Source: Ostreococcus lucimarinus
Lineage: Eukaryota
Reading direction: 5' to 3' (one strand)
NCBI GenBank assembly: GCA_000092065.1
Contig: CP000599.1
DNA length: 64,000 nucleotides
The notes below the pieces were generated by a model. It saw only the letters and a program-made list of their open reading frames with translations, ran no database searches and was not told the origin of the DNA. Shown here piece by piece: positions 27,649 to 35,890 of the stretch (its first letter is position 1; each line of letters opens with the position of its first letter). The translations under genes and the position numbers were made by a program.

Positions 27649-29019
27649 ATGCAGAGCGCCGAAAAACGCCCGCGGTACGCCCTGATCGACTGCGAAGACG
27701 ACGCGAGGTGGCACGGCTTGGCCCAGTGCATCGTCAAACTTTTCGGCCGCGACGACGAAATCTGGCACCACTACCGCGCGTGCGACGGCGAGTTGCCGTC
27801 GAAAGAGATGTTCGCGACGTACGACGGCGTGGTGGTGTCGGGGAGCTCGCACAAGGCGGAGTGGGACACGAACGGGACGCCGCGGTGGACGCGAGCGCTG
27901 GGCGAGTGGCTGCGACGCGCGACGGACGATCGACATCCCGAGTACACGCGCGACGCCGACGGAGGAAAGAAAAAGGTGAAAATATTAGCGATGACGTTCG
28001 CGGGGTACCTGTGCGCGATGGCGAACGGGGGGGCGGTGGGGATGATTCCGAACGGCGGACACGTCGTCGGGGCGACGGCGATGAAGACGACGGAGGCGTG
28101 GCGACGATCGAAAGCGTTCGTCAAGGCGCGGGAGACGTACGGTGAACCGATGGATGGTAAGGGAGAGACGCTGGTGGTGCATCAAAATCGCGCGCAGAGG
28201 ATTGAGCGATTGCCCGAGGGCGCGACGGCGACGACGACGAGCGGAGACGGGGAGATTGAAATGTGGACGACGCGCGATGGACGCTGTTTAGCGTGGCAGC
28301 ACTCGTTCAGCGATGGCGTCGCGAGCGTGTTGTCGCACAAAGTCGAGAGCGGGCTCGAGGCGAGGCGGTCCGAGAAGAGCGCGGCGGCGGCGGGGGACGT
28401 AAAGCCGGATGATTTGCCAAACAACGACGCCGGGTTTCTCATCGGCGTCGCGCGCGCGTTTTTGCGCGACGGCGCGCTCGCGAGCGACGAAGACGAAGAA
28501 TATTTACGCACTCGCCGCCGCGAGGCGCGCGAGACTTTGTCGTGGGCGGCGCGACGGAGAGAGGAAATCATGGCGGCGCGCGCGGCGCGCGGCGCGCGGC
28601 CCGGCGCGGCCAACGCCAAACGCGACGCCGCGAACGATGGTTCGACCGCGCCAGCGATCGTCGAGCGAGAAGAATCCGCGCGCACGCAAGCCATGGCCGC
28701 GCGCGCGTTCACCAAAATCGCCGACACCGTCAACGCCGAGCTCTCGCTCGCCGCGAGCGAGGTTCGATTTCTCCAAAACGCCAACGAAACCGCCGCTCGC
28801 GAGTACGACGCCGTCGGCGAATCCATCGCCGACTTGCACGTCTTCATCGGCGCATTAAAAGCCAAGGACGAGGCGATGAAACCAAAGTTAGACGCGATCT
28901 TAGCCATCGAAGGCGAGGTGGACGCGTTGGAGACGCTCGCGCGCGCCGTCGACAAGCGCGTCTCCGCGCTCGAGCTTCGTCTCAAATCCATCAAGTCCAA
29001 GCGCGCGAGCGCGACGTGA
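27649..29019 (+). CDS. class-I glutamine amidotransferase-like (GATase1/DJ-1-like fold) protein lacking the canonical catalytic Cys, with C-terminal coiled coil
   Basis: The segment YDGVVVSGSSHKAEW...KKKVKILAMTFAGYLCAMANGGAVGMIPNGGHVVGATAM resembles the GATase1 nucleophile-elbow region (..GIC.GhQ..a.alGG.V). Here the nucleophile position reads A-M-T-F-A-G. The C-terminus (~180 aa) is A/R/E-rich helical. ATG at 27649; TGTAA lies 25 nt after the stop. Confidence 0.45.
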   Translation: MQSAEKRPRYALIDCEDDARWHGLAQCIVKLFGRDDEIWHHYRACDGELPSKEMFATYDGVVVSGSSHKAEWDTNGTPRWTRALGEWLRRATDDRHPEYTRDADGGKKKVKILAMTFAGYLCAMANGGAVGMIPNGGHVVGATAMKTTEAWRRSKAFVKARETYGEPMDGKGETLVVHQNRAQRIERLPEGATATTTSGDGEIEMWTTRDGRCLAWQHSFSDGVASVLSHKVESGLEARRSEKSAAAAGDVKPDDLPNNDAGFLIGVARAFLRDGALASDEDEEYLRTRRREARETLSWAARRREEIMAARAARGARPGAANAKRDAANDGSTAPAIVEREESARTQAMAARAFTKIADTVNAELSLAASEVRFLQNANETAAREYDAVGESIADLHVFIGALKAKDEAMKPKLDAILAIEGEVDALETLARAVDKRVSALELRLKSIKSKRASAT

Positions 29020-29160
29020 GCGCCGCGCCCGCGCGCGTGCCATTGTAAATTATTATTTTAAACCAGCGCTCGCTCGCGCGTTAGACGCGTTCCAATCGCC
29101 GCTCGCCTCGTCGAACGCTCGCCTCGCGTCCGCACACCGCGACGCCGCCCATCCCTCGCG

Positions 29161-29526
29161 ATGTCCGATCGCGTCCCCGACGCCCTCGACGCCGTCACGA
29201 ACGAAGATCGTTTCACCGTCGAGCTCGAGTTCGTGCAATCGCTCGCCAATCCGCGCTACGTCCACTTCTTAGCCTCAAAGGGCGTCCTCAGGGATGACAG
29301 ATTCATCGCGTATCTCCGCTATCTGCGCTACTGGGAGCGCCCGGAGTACGCGAAATTCATCCTCTACCCCCACTGCCTGCGGTTTCGAAGGCTCCTGCTC
29401 GACGACGCCTTCCGCGTCGCGATGGAGAACCCGCGAAACGCCGAGCGCGCGTTCAAGGCGCAGTTTGAACGCTGGAGCGCGCGCGGCGCGGCGCCGAGCC
29501 GCGCCGACGCGGACGCGAACGCGTGA
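29161..29526 (+). CDS. MED31: Mediator of RNA polymerase II transcription subunit 31 (MED31/SOH1)
   Basis: RFTVELEFVQSLANPRYVHFLASKGVLRDDRFIAYLRYLRYWERPEYAKFILYPHCLRF is collinear with the conserved MED31/SOH1 core (RF.VELEFVQ.LANP.Y...LA..G......F..YL.YL.YW..PEYAK...YP.CL). Confidence 0.8.
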   Translation: MSDRVPDALDAVTNEDRFTVELEFVQSLANPRYVHFLASKGVLRDDRFIAYLRYLRYWERPEYAKFILYPHCLRFRRLLLDDAFRVAMENPRNAERAFKAQFERWSARGAAPSRADADANA

Positions 29527-29650
29527 CGGTTCGCGCGATGCGAGCGCGAAAAAGAGGGATTCGCGTCGCCGCGCGTCGACGACGACCCTCGCGCGTCGGC
29601 GCCGCTCGGCGCCGCGTCGCGCGTTGAAATTACACCGCGCGCGGCGCTGA

Positions 29651-29673
29651 TTTAGGGTTTAGGGTTTAGGGTT
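29651..29673. repeat. interstitial plant-type telomeric repeat (TTTAGGG)x3 (telo-box-like)
   Basis: tttagggtttagggtttagggtt lies between MED31 (ends 29526) and the next plus-strand gene (ATG at 29711). The second and third copies also contain AAACCCTAA in reverse complement. Confidence 0.9.
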
Positions 29674-29710
29674 CGCCGCGCGTCGACGCCGCACACGCCG
29701 ACGCGGCGCC

Positions 29711-30430
29711 ATGGCGTCCGCGGACGACCCCTCGCGCGCGCGCTTCGGCGCCGCCATGCTCGACGGCTTCGCCGTCGACGTCTCGCACCAGGAGATCGAG
29801 CGCGTCGTCGTCGAGCTCGAGGAACTGTACCGAAGCCAACCGGGCGAGTGGCTGCCGATCGCCGGCATCGGCGACTACCTCGCGCGCGAGCTCGGATACG
29901 AGGACCTGGACGAGTTCGAGGACGCGCTGAAGAGCGATTTCGCCGCCTTCGTCGGGAAACTGCCGCACGTGGTGATCTCGCGCGTGGAGAGCGAACTGAC
30001 GCCGGGGACGTTTCGGGACGTCTTCAAGGTGACGACGCCGGCGGCGACGGGAAAAGCGGCGAAACCGCGCGTCATGCGATTGCGGGTGCGAAACAGAGAG
30101 GATCTGTGGCGAGTGTTCATGAAATCGCCGAACACGGCGCTGGAGATTCCGGAGATTGATTTTTACGTCGGCGGCGACGCGAAGCGCGCGGTGGACTCGG
30201 TGTACAACCACGTCGCGGCGTGCGTGTTCAATCTCGAGACGCACGTCGCGCACATGGCGACGAGCGCGGAAACCGAGGATGAGCGTCGAGGGATCTTGGA
30301 GACGTGCGAGGCGCTGCGAGGGATGTTGGATTTAGAGCGGGAGTTTACGCTCGTCGCGCGAGACGCCGACGGCGCGTGCGCGTTCAAACCGGACGACGGC
30401 GTCGAGATCGAGTACGTCGACGACGCGTGA
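29711..30430 (+). CDS. hypothetical protein
   Basis: 239-aa ORF with coding-like composition and an ATG 38 bp downstream of the (TTTAGGG)3 element. TGTAA lies ~40 nt after the stop. I recognise no family. Confidence 0.4.
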   Translation: MASADDPSRARFGAAMLDGFAVDVSHQEIERVVVELEELYRSQPGEWLPIAGIGDYLARELGYEDLDEFEDALKSDFAAFVGKLPHVVISRVESELTPGTFRDVFKVTTPAATGKAAKPRVMRLRVRNREDLWRVFMKSPNTALEIPEIDFYVGGDAKRAVDSVYNHVAACVFNLETHVAHMATSAETEDERRGILETCEALRGMLDLEREFTLVARDADGACAFKPDDGVEIEYVDDA

Positions 30431-30672
30431 TCGAGCGCCGTCCATCGTAAAAAATGTATTAGCGCGCTTGTAACGCCGGCGCACGCTAGCTCGAACCGCG
30501 CGCTTCGATCGCGCGTCCCGTCCCGCGTCCCGAGCGCGTCCCGAGCGCGTCCCCGTCCCGCACACCTCGACGTCTCGCGACGCCGCCGCGACGCGTCGCG
30601 CCGCGACGACGCCGACGTCGACGACGCGCGCGCCGAGCGTCGCGAGACGCGCGAACCGCGCGATCGCGCGCG

Positions 30673-31646
30673 ATGCGTCCGAGCGGTCGACTTTTGCGCG
30701 CCTTCAAGGGGTGGTTGGACACGCGCGCCGTCGTGCGCGTCGCCGGCGCGGACGCCGCGGCGTTTCTGCAGGTGCGCTCGATGTTTACGTATCGCCATCG
30801 TTTCAAAACTGACGCGACGACCAGGGCGCGGTGACGAACGACGTGCGCGCGCTGCGCGAGGGCGGCGACGCGGCGTACTGCGCGACGCTCACGCCGAAGG
30901 GAAAAATCTTCGCCGACGCGTTCGTTCGACTCGCCGGGAGCGAATCGGATGAATTTTTATTGGACGTCGATCGAGAAAAGTCGAGCGAATTTTTGCGCGC
31001 GCTCAGGATGCTGAGCCTGAGGAAACGGGTGACGATCGAGGACGCGAACGAGCATCGCGTCGTCGTCGCGAGCGCGGACGCGGACGTCGGGGATTCGAGC
31101 GCGCGCGCGGTGCGGAGGGACGAGCGATTGGAACAATTAGGGTTTAGGGGTATAGTGCCCGCGTCCGACGCGGCGTGGCGCGACGCGGTGGCGGACGCGC
31201 ACGCGCGAACGCGAATCGCGCTCGGCGTCGCCGAGGGCGCGAGCGAGCTCGCGAACGCGTTACCGCTCGAGTGCAATTTCGACGCTTTGAACGGCGTGAG
31301 TTTCACCAAAGGGTGCTACGTCGGGCAAGAGAACACGGCGAGGCAGCGGTTTCGAGGGGTCGTGCGCAAGCGCATCGCGCCTTTCGTTGCGATCGAACCC
31401 GGCGCGCGCGCGCCGAGCGTCGGGGGAAAAATCGTAAACGAACGCGGCGACGTCGTGGGTGATGTCATCGCGGCGATCGAAGACGAGGACGCGGTCTTGG
31501 GTTTGGTGCGCGCGCGCATGAGTTTCATTCGCGCGCACGTTGCGGGCGAACCAGGGTCGGCGTTTCGAATCGCCGACGGCGCGCGCGTCGGCGTCGAGCC
31601 CCCGAGTTGGTGGCCGACCGAGTGGCTCGACGCCGCCGAGGAGTGA
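30673..31646 (+). CDS. IBA57: YgfZ/IBA57 (CAF17) family folate-binding Fe-S cluster assembly factor; join(30673..30771, 30825..31646)
   Basis: Family signature KGCYVGQE (SFTKGCYVGQENTARQRFRGVVRKR). Exon 1 encodes MRPSGRLLRAFKGWLDTRAVVRVAGADAAAFLQ. Exon 2 begins GAVTNDV, reproducing the conserved GpdA..FLQGl.TNDV N-terminal motif of this family. The 53-nt intron 30772-30824 has a GTGCGC donor and CAG acceptor. Confidence 0.75.
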
Positions 31647-31728
31647 AGCGCCGAGGAGGAAAGAGTAGCTGCGTTTATAGAATCGTGCGTGCGCACGAGC
31701 TTTAGGTTTTATCACAAATCATTCGTTC

Positions 31729-32835
31729 TCATTCGTCCTCCTCGTCGTCCACGACCAACGCGCGTTTCTTTCGCTCCTTGGGCGCGCCGACGGCTTCGTC
31801 TTCGTCTTCGTCCAACGAGCCCGCGGCGACGTCCTGTTCCATCGCGCCCGCACCATCGCTACCGGCCGCACCATCGTTCTCCTCGGCCTCTAAGAAATCG
31901 GCGTCCATCCGCGCCGCGCCCCCTTCCGCGTCGACGTCGCCGCCGGCGTCGTCGCGTCGTTCGTAATACGACTCCGTGTACCCGCGATCGTTTCTCCCCC
32001 CCGCCGACCACATCCCCGTCCGCTCGCGGTCTTCCCGCATCATCTTCGCCTGTTTCCTCTCCAACGCCGCGCTCTCCCTCGCCGCGCGCTCTAGCTCCGC
32101 GTCCAACGCCTCCTTCTCTCGCTCCGGATCGACGCGCGACACGTACGCCATCGTCCGCGTCGCCCTCGATCCGTGCTTCTTATCGATCGCCGCCGTCAAC
32201 CTCTTGTGCGTCCGCGAGTCCAACGTCGCGGGATTAAACGTCATCTTTGTCGTCAACCGTCGCTGCGCCTTCATCAACCCTTGTTTCCGCACGTACAAGA
32301 ACGAATCCGCGTCCGCCACCGCCCGTTCGTCGCATCGCAGGTACTCGTCGCCGACGACCAAATGCGTCGTTCCATCGTCCCATCGCACGTAATACGCGTT
32401 ACTCTCCGCCTCACCCGTGCTTTCATTCATCCTCCATCGCACCGTGTTCTCGTTCGAGGTCCTGATGCGCGTGACGCCGTCGACGTCGACGAATTCCTCG
32501 CGTTCGCCGTCGTCTCGATGCGTCGCCGCGTCGAAGGGTTTGGGCTCGGCGCCGAAGATGTTGCTCAATTTCGCAATCTTCGTCTCGTCCTCGATCGTCT
32601 CGCGCCCCGCTTCGGCGCTCGGCAGCTCTAATCGCAACGGTTCGCCCTTCGCTCGCGTCGCCGGGTCGTCCTCGTCGTTTTCCGCGTCGTCCGGGAGCTC
32701 TAAAGACGATTTAAACGTGGATTCGCGCCCGCGATCGTCGCGGTTTTCGAGCGATTCCGTCGCGACGCGGTCTCCGTCGTCGTCGTCTTCGCTGTCGGAA
32801 CCAAAAATGTTCTTCACCAAATCCACGTCCGCCAT
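31729..32835 (-). CDS. LEO1: RNA polymerase-associated protein LEO1 (Paf1 complex subunit)
   Basis: The Leo1 core VRWDDGTTHLVVGDEYLRCDERAVADADSFLYVRKQGLMKAQRRLTTKMTFNPATLDSRTHKRLTAAIDKKHGSRATRTMAYVSRVDPEREKE aligns with human LEO1 (ArlVkWSDGSmsLhlGNEvfdv...FirqgtGLqgqavfktKLTFrPhStdSatHrkmT...). Acidic N- and C-terminal tails. The start is set at the ATG of MADVDLV (32835-32833); the ORF upstream of that is low-complexity. Confidence 0.75.
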   Translation of the reverse strand: MADVDLVKNIFGSDSEDDDDGDRVATESLENRDDRGRESTFKSSLELPDDAENDEDDPATRAKGEPLRLELPSAEAGRETIEDETKIAKLSNIFGAEPKPFDAATHRDDGEREEFVDVDGVTRIRTSNENTVRWRMNESTGEAESNAYYVRWDDGTTHLVVGDEYLRCDERAVADADSFLYVRKQGLMKAQRRLTTKMTFNPATLDSRTHKRLTAAIDKKHGSRATRTMAYVSRVDPEREKEALDAELERAARESAALERKQAKMMREDRERTGMWSAGGRNDRGYTESYYERRDDAGGDVDAEGGAARMDADFLEAEENDGAAGSDGAGAMEQDVAAGSLDEDEDEAVGAPKERKKRALVVDDEEDE

Positions 32836-33005
32836 GACGACGAGCGAAACCGCGCGAGCGACGCTCCGAGGCGCGATCTGGGGCGATTCCGGGGACGCCG
32901 CGCGGCGACGCGGCGACGCCGCCGCGCGGCGCGCGGCGCGAGCGACGATCTCGCGTCGCAAAACGCGGTTTCGACGTCCGAATAAATGAATAAATTTAAA
33001 TGACG

Positions 33006-33581
33006 CTATTTTACACCGCGCGGCGGCGCTTCGTCTTCGTCGCGATGCCGCGCGCACTCGAACCACGCGTCGCGGCCGTGCGTCACGCTTGACTCGCCCA
33101 AACACCGAAACCCACCGCGACGCTCGTAAAACTCGATCAGCGCGCGCTTGCACAGCAACCTGATCGTCAGCACTTGATCGCGCGCGTCGCCGAAGACGCG
33201 CGCGTCGCGTCGGTCGTCGGCGAAGCCGATCCAGTCGTCGACGTAGCGCCGCAGCGCGGCGCCGCCGAAGCCGCGGCGTCTCGCGCTCGGCGACGCGCAC
33301 ACGCTGTGCACGCACAGCGTCCGCCCGAGCGGGTCGTGATTGGTCATCGTCGCGGCGTCCAGGGCGTCGCGCGCGGTGAGCGTGCCGCAGACGTACGCGA
33401 CGACGGCGCCGTCGAGCGCGGCGACCATGAAGAATTCGCGCGCGTCGGTCGCGCGGGCGCGAAGCGTCGCGGCGGACGCGGCCTCGTCCGCGGGGTAGCT
33501 CGCGGCCTCCATCGCGGCGATGGCGTCGAGATCGGCGTCGTCGACGGCGCGGAACGTCAGGCGGTCGACGTCGGCCGACAT
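33006..33581 (-). CDS. GNAT-family N-acetyltransferase
   Basis: GNAT motif A LCVHSVCASPSARRRGFGGAALRRYV (acetyl-CoA pyrophosphate-binding R/Q-x-x-G-x-G/A). Size ~190 aa with an overall alpha/beta pattern. ATG at 33581-33579. Confidence 0.65.
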   Translation of the reverse strand: MSADVDRLTFRAVDDADLDAIAAMEAASYPADEAASAATLRARATDAREFFMVAALDGAVVAYVCGTLTARDALDAATMTNHDPLGRTLCVHSVCASPSARRRGFGGAALRRYVDDWIGFADDRRDARVFGDARDQVLTIRLLCKRALIEFYERRGGFRCLGESSVTHGRDAWFECARHRDEDEAPPRGVK

Positions 33582-33869
33582 CGCGCGTCGGCGCGTGCGG
33601 CGACTCTTAAGGGTGGGTGTTGTGTCGAGAGGAAAATATCTCGCGCGGCGGCGTCGCGACGGCGCGCGCGGCGACGCGCGCGCGGCGCGGACGGCGTTTT
33701 CGCGTCGCCGCGCGGCCTCGTCCGCGGTTCGGCGTCGTCCGCGTCGCGGAAGGCGCGCTCGGGACGCGCGTCGTCAACATTCGACAAAATTCGACGCGAC
33801 AAACGTCGTTTGGTGTCCCGAGGACGCGCGACGCGCCGACGCGGACGCGAAAGCGCGCCGCGGATCGAC

Positions 33870-34589
33870 ATGCGCGTGTCGACGCGATTTCGAAACTTTG
33901 GCGTCGGCGTGCGCGTGCGCGCGGGACGCGGGCGGGCGTCGGTGCGACGCGCGCGGACGGTGCTGCCGGAGCCGGTTCGCGAGGACGAGGACGAGGACGC
34001 GACGCCGCGAGCGACGAGGACGTCGGCGCGTTCCGAACGCGCGATCGCGTCGATCGAGGACGAGGATTTGGAGCGCGTTGAGTTGGCGTACGAGGTGACG
34101 GTGCCCGCGCGGCGGGTCGACGCGCGGCGCGCGTTTGAAGTCGTGCTGCCGCTGATTTGTCCGCGAGACGCGCGTCAAGCCGAGGAGTGCGTGCGAAGGA
34201 TGTCGTCGATAATCGATTGCGCCGTCGTCGACGACGGCGACGAAGAAACGATCGTGCGACAGACGAGTAAGTGGCGACACTCGGCGCTGATCGCGGGGAA
34301 GTCGGTGACGACGACTAGAATTCGTCGCGACGACGAGACGCTGTCGGTGACGTTCGACGTCGATACGCGCGGATGCGATAATAATTCGTCGACACTGCGG
34401 AAATACGTCGGTTTCACGGACGTGCGCGAGGTATCCGACGACGCGTTGGCGATTCGCATGCACGGCGTGGCGCAAATCGATCGCGCGACGAGCTTCGCGT
34501 CGCGCATGATTCGAGAAGTCATGCTCGGCGCGATGCACAGCCAGATGCGCGCCAGTCTCGTGGATTTGGGACGCGCGCTCAAGGAATGA
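33870..34589 (+). CDS. hypothetical protein
   Basis: In-frame ATG at 33870 (MRVSTRF...). The C-terminal ~180 aa has non-repetitive globular-like composition. The ORF upstream of the ATG is Arg-rich and overlaps the GNAT gene on the other strand. No family recognised. Confidence 0.4.
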   Translation: MRVSTRFRNFGVGVRVRAGRGRASVRRARTVLPEPVREDEDEDATPRATRTSARSERAIASIEDEDLERVELAYEVTVPARRVDARRAFEVVLPLICPRDARQAEECVRRMSSIIDCAVVDDGDEETIVRQTSKWRHSALIAGKSVTTTRIRRDDETLSVTFDVDTRGCDNNSSTLRKYVGFTDVREVSDDALAIRMHGVAQIDRATSFASRMIREVMLGAMHSQMRASLVDLGRALKE

Positions 34590-34637
34590 GTGCGCTTTCG
34601 CCCGTCTATTACGTTTACAATGTTGCCGGCTAATCTT

Positions 34638-35765
34638 CTATTTTTGTGACTTTTTCGAGAGGAAGTCGGCGTAGAGCGCGTTCTTCTCCTTCTCCATCGC
34701 CGCGAGCGCGGCGACCGCTCGCGTCTCGCGCGCCTCGGCGAGTTCCAGCTCCGCGCGCGCGTGCTCTGACGCCGCTTTGAACTCAAACTTAGCCTTGGAC
34801 TCTGAAATCAGCGCGCTCTGACTCTTTTGCAAATCATCCAACGCGCGCTCGACGCGAGACTTCAACGCGCGCTCCGCCTTGAAGCCGTCGTCGCGCGCGT
34901 CCTCCGCGCGCCGCTCCAAATCGACGACGCGCTGCGACAGCTCGCCGTTCCGACGCAACTCCTCGCGATGACTCGCGCGCGCCCGCTCCGCCATCGATTT
35001 CATCTGCGCGTTCGCGTCGTACAACGCGCGCACTTTTCCCCGCAGCTCGCCGTTCTCGCGCTCCAACCGCGTCGTCCGCTCCCGCTCCACCTTCAACGCG
35101 TCGTCGAGTCGAGCGTTCGCTCGCGACGTCTCCGCCTCATCATTCGCCTCCTCGGACCTCTTCTCGCGCGTCCTCATTCGCTCGCGTTCCATCGCCAGCT
35201 CCGTCGTCTCCAACGCCTCGATCAACTCCGACACCCGCGCCTCGCATCGCGCCTCGACCGCCTTCTTTTCCTTCGCCCGCGCCGACGCCGTCGCGCGTTC
35301 GAATTCCATTCGCATTCGTCGTTCCTCGCGATATTTCAGCGCCCACGTCTCGCTCTTCGCGCGCCACGCGTCCTCGCCCGCGGCGACGCTCCGCAGCGCC
35401 TCGCACGCGTCCGCCGCGGCGTCCCGCTCGGCGTTCGCGCGCGTCTCCGCTTCGTCGCGCCGTCGCGTCGCGTCGTCCCGCTCGAGCGCGGCGTCGCGTG
35501 ACTCGGACAGCGCCGCATCGCGCTCGTCTTCGGCGCGTCGGAGCGCCTCGCGCAGCGCCGCGACCTCGCGCTCGCGGCGCGCGAGCGAGAGGGACAAGGT
35601 GTTGGCGTCGTTTTCGCGCGCGCTCGCGTCGACGAACGCGCGGAGGGGGGCGTCGAGGTCGACGACCGGTTTCTGGGCGCGCGTGGGCGCGACGTCGCGG
35701 TCGACGGCGTCGAGGACGTCGAGGAGACCTCGCGCGCGAAGGGCGAGGTCGCGCGCGCGAGACAT
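34638..35765 (-). CDS. hypothetical coiled-coil protein
   Basis: 375-aa ORF dominated by E/R/A heptad-like repeats. ATG at 35765-35763. TGTAA on the minus strand ~20 nt after the stop. Confidence 0.45.
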   Translation of the reverse strand: MSRARDLALRARGLLDVLDAVDRDVAPTRAQKPVVDLDAPLRAFVDASARENDANTLSLSLARREREVAALREALRRAEDERDAALSESRDAALERDDATRRRDEAETRANAERDAAADACEALRSVAAGEDAWRAKSETWALKYREERRMRMEFERATASARAKEKKAVEARCEARVSELIEALETTELAMERERMRTREKRSEEANDEAETSRANARLDDALKVERERTTRLERENGELRGKVRALYDANAQMKSMAERARASHREELRRNGELSQRVVDLERRAEDARDDGFKAERALKSRVERALDDLQKSQSALISESKAKFEFKAASEHARAELELAEARETRAVAALAAMEKEKNALYADFLSKKSQK

Positions 35766-35890
35766 GGCGACCGCGCGCGAGGCGCGATGTGACGTCGACG
35801 AATCGATGGATTGATACGATGTTGATGTGAAAAAGAGCTATGCCGTCGAGGCGGCGGATTGATTTTAATGTACTCGAGGGCGGCGTCGGA

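Noticed and set aside
29651-29673. (TTTAGGG)3 considered as a chromosome end or telomere.
   Set aside because: Only three copies are present, flanked on both sides by genes. I interpret it as an interstitial telomere-like, telo-box-type element.
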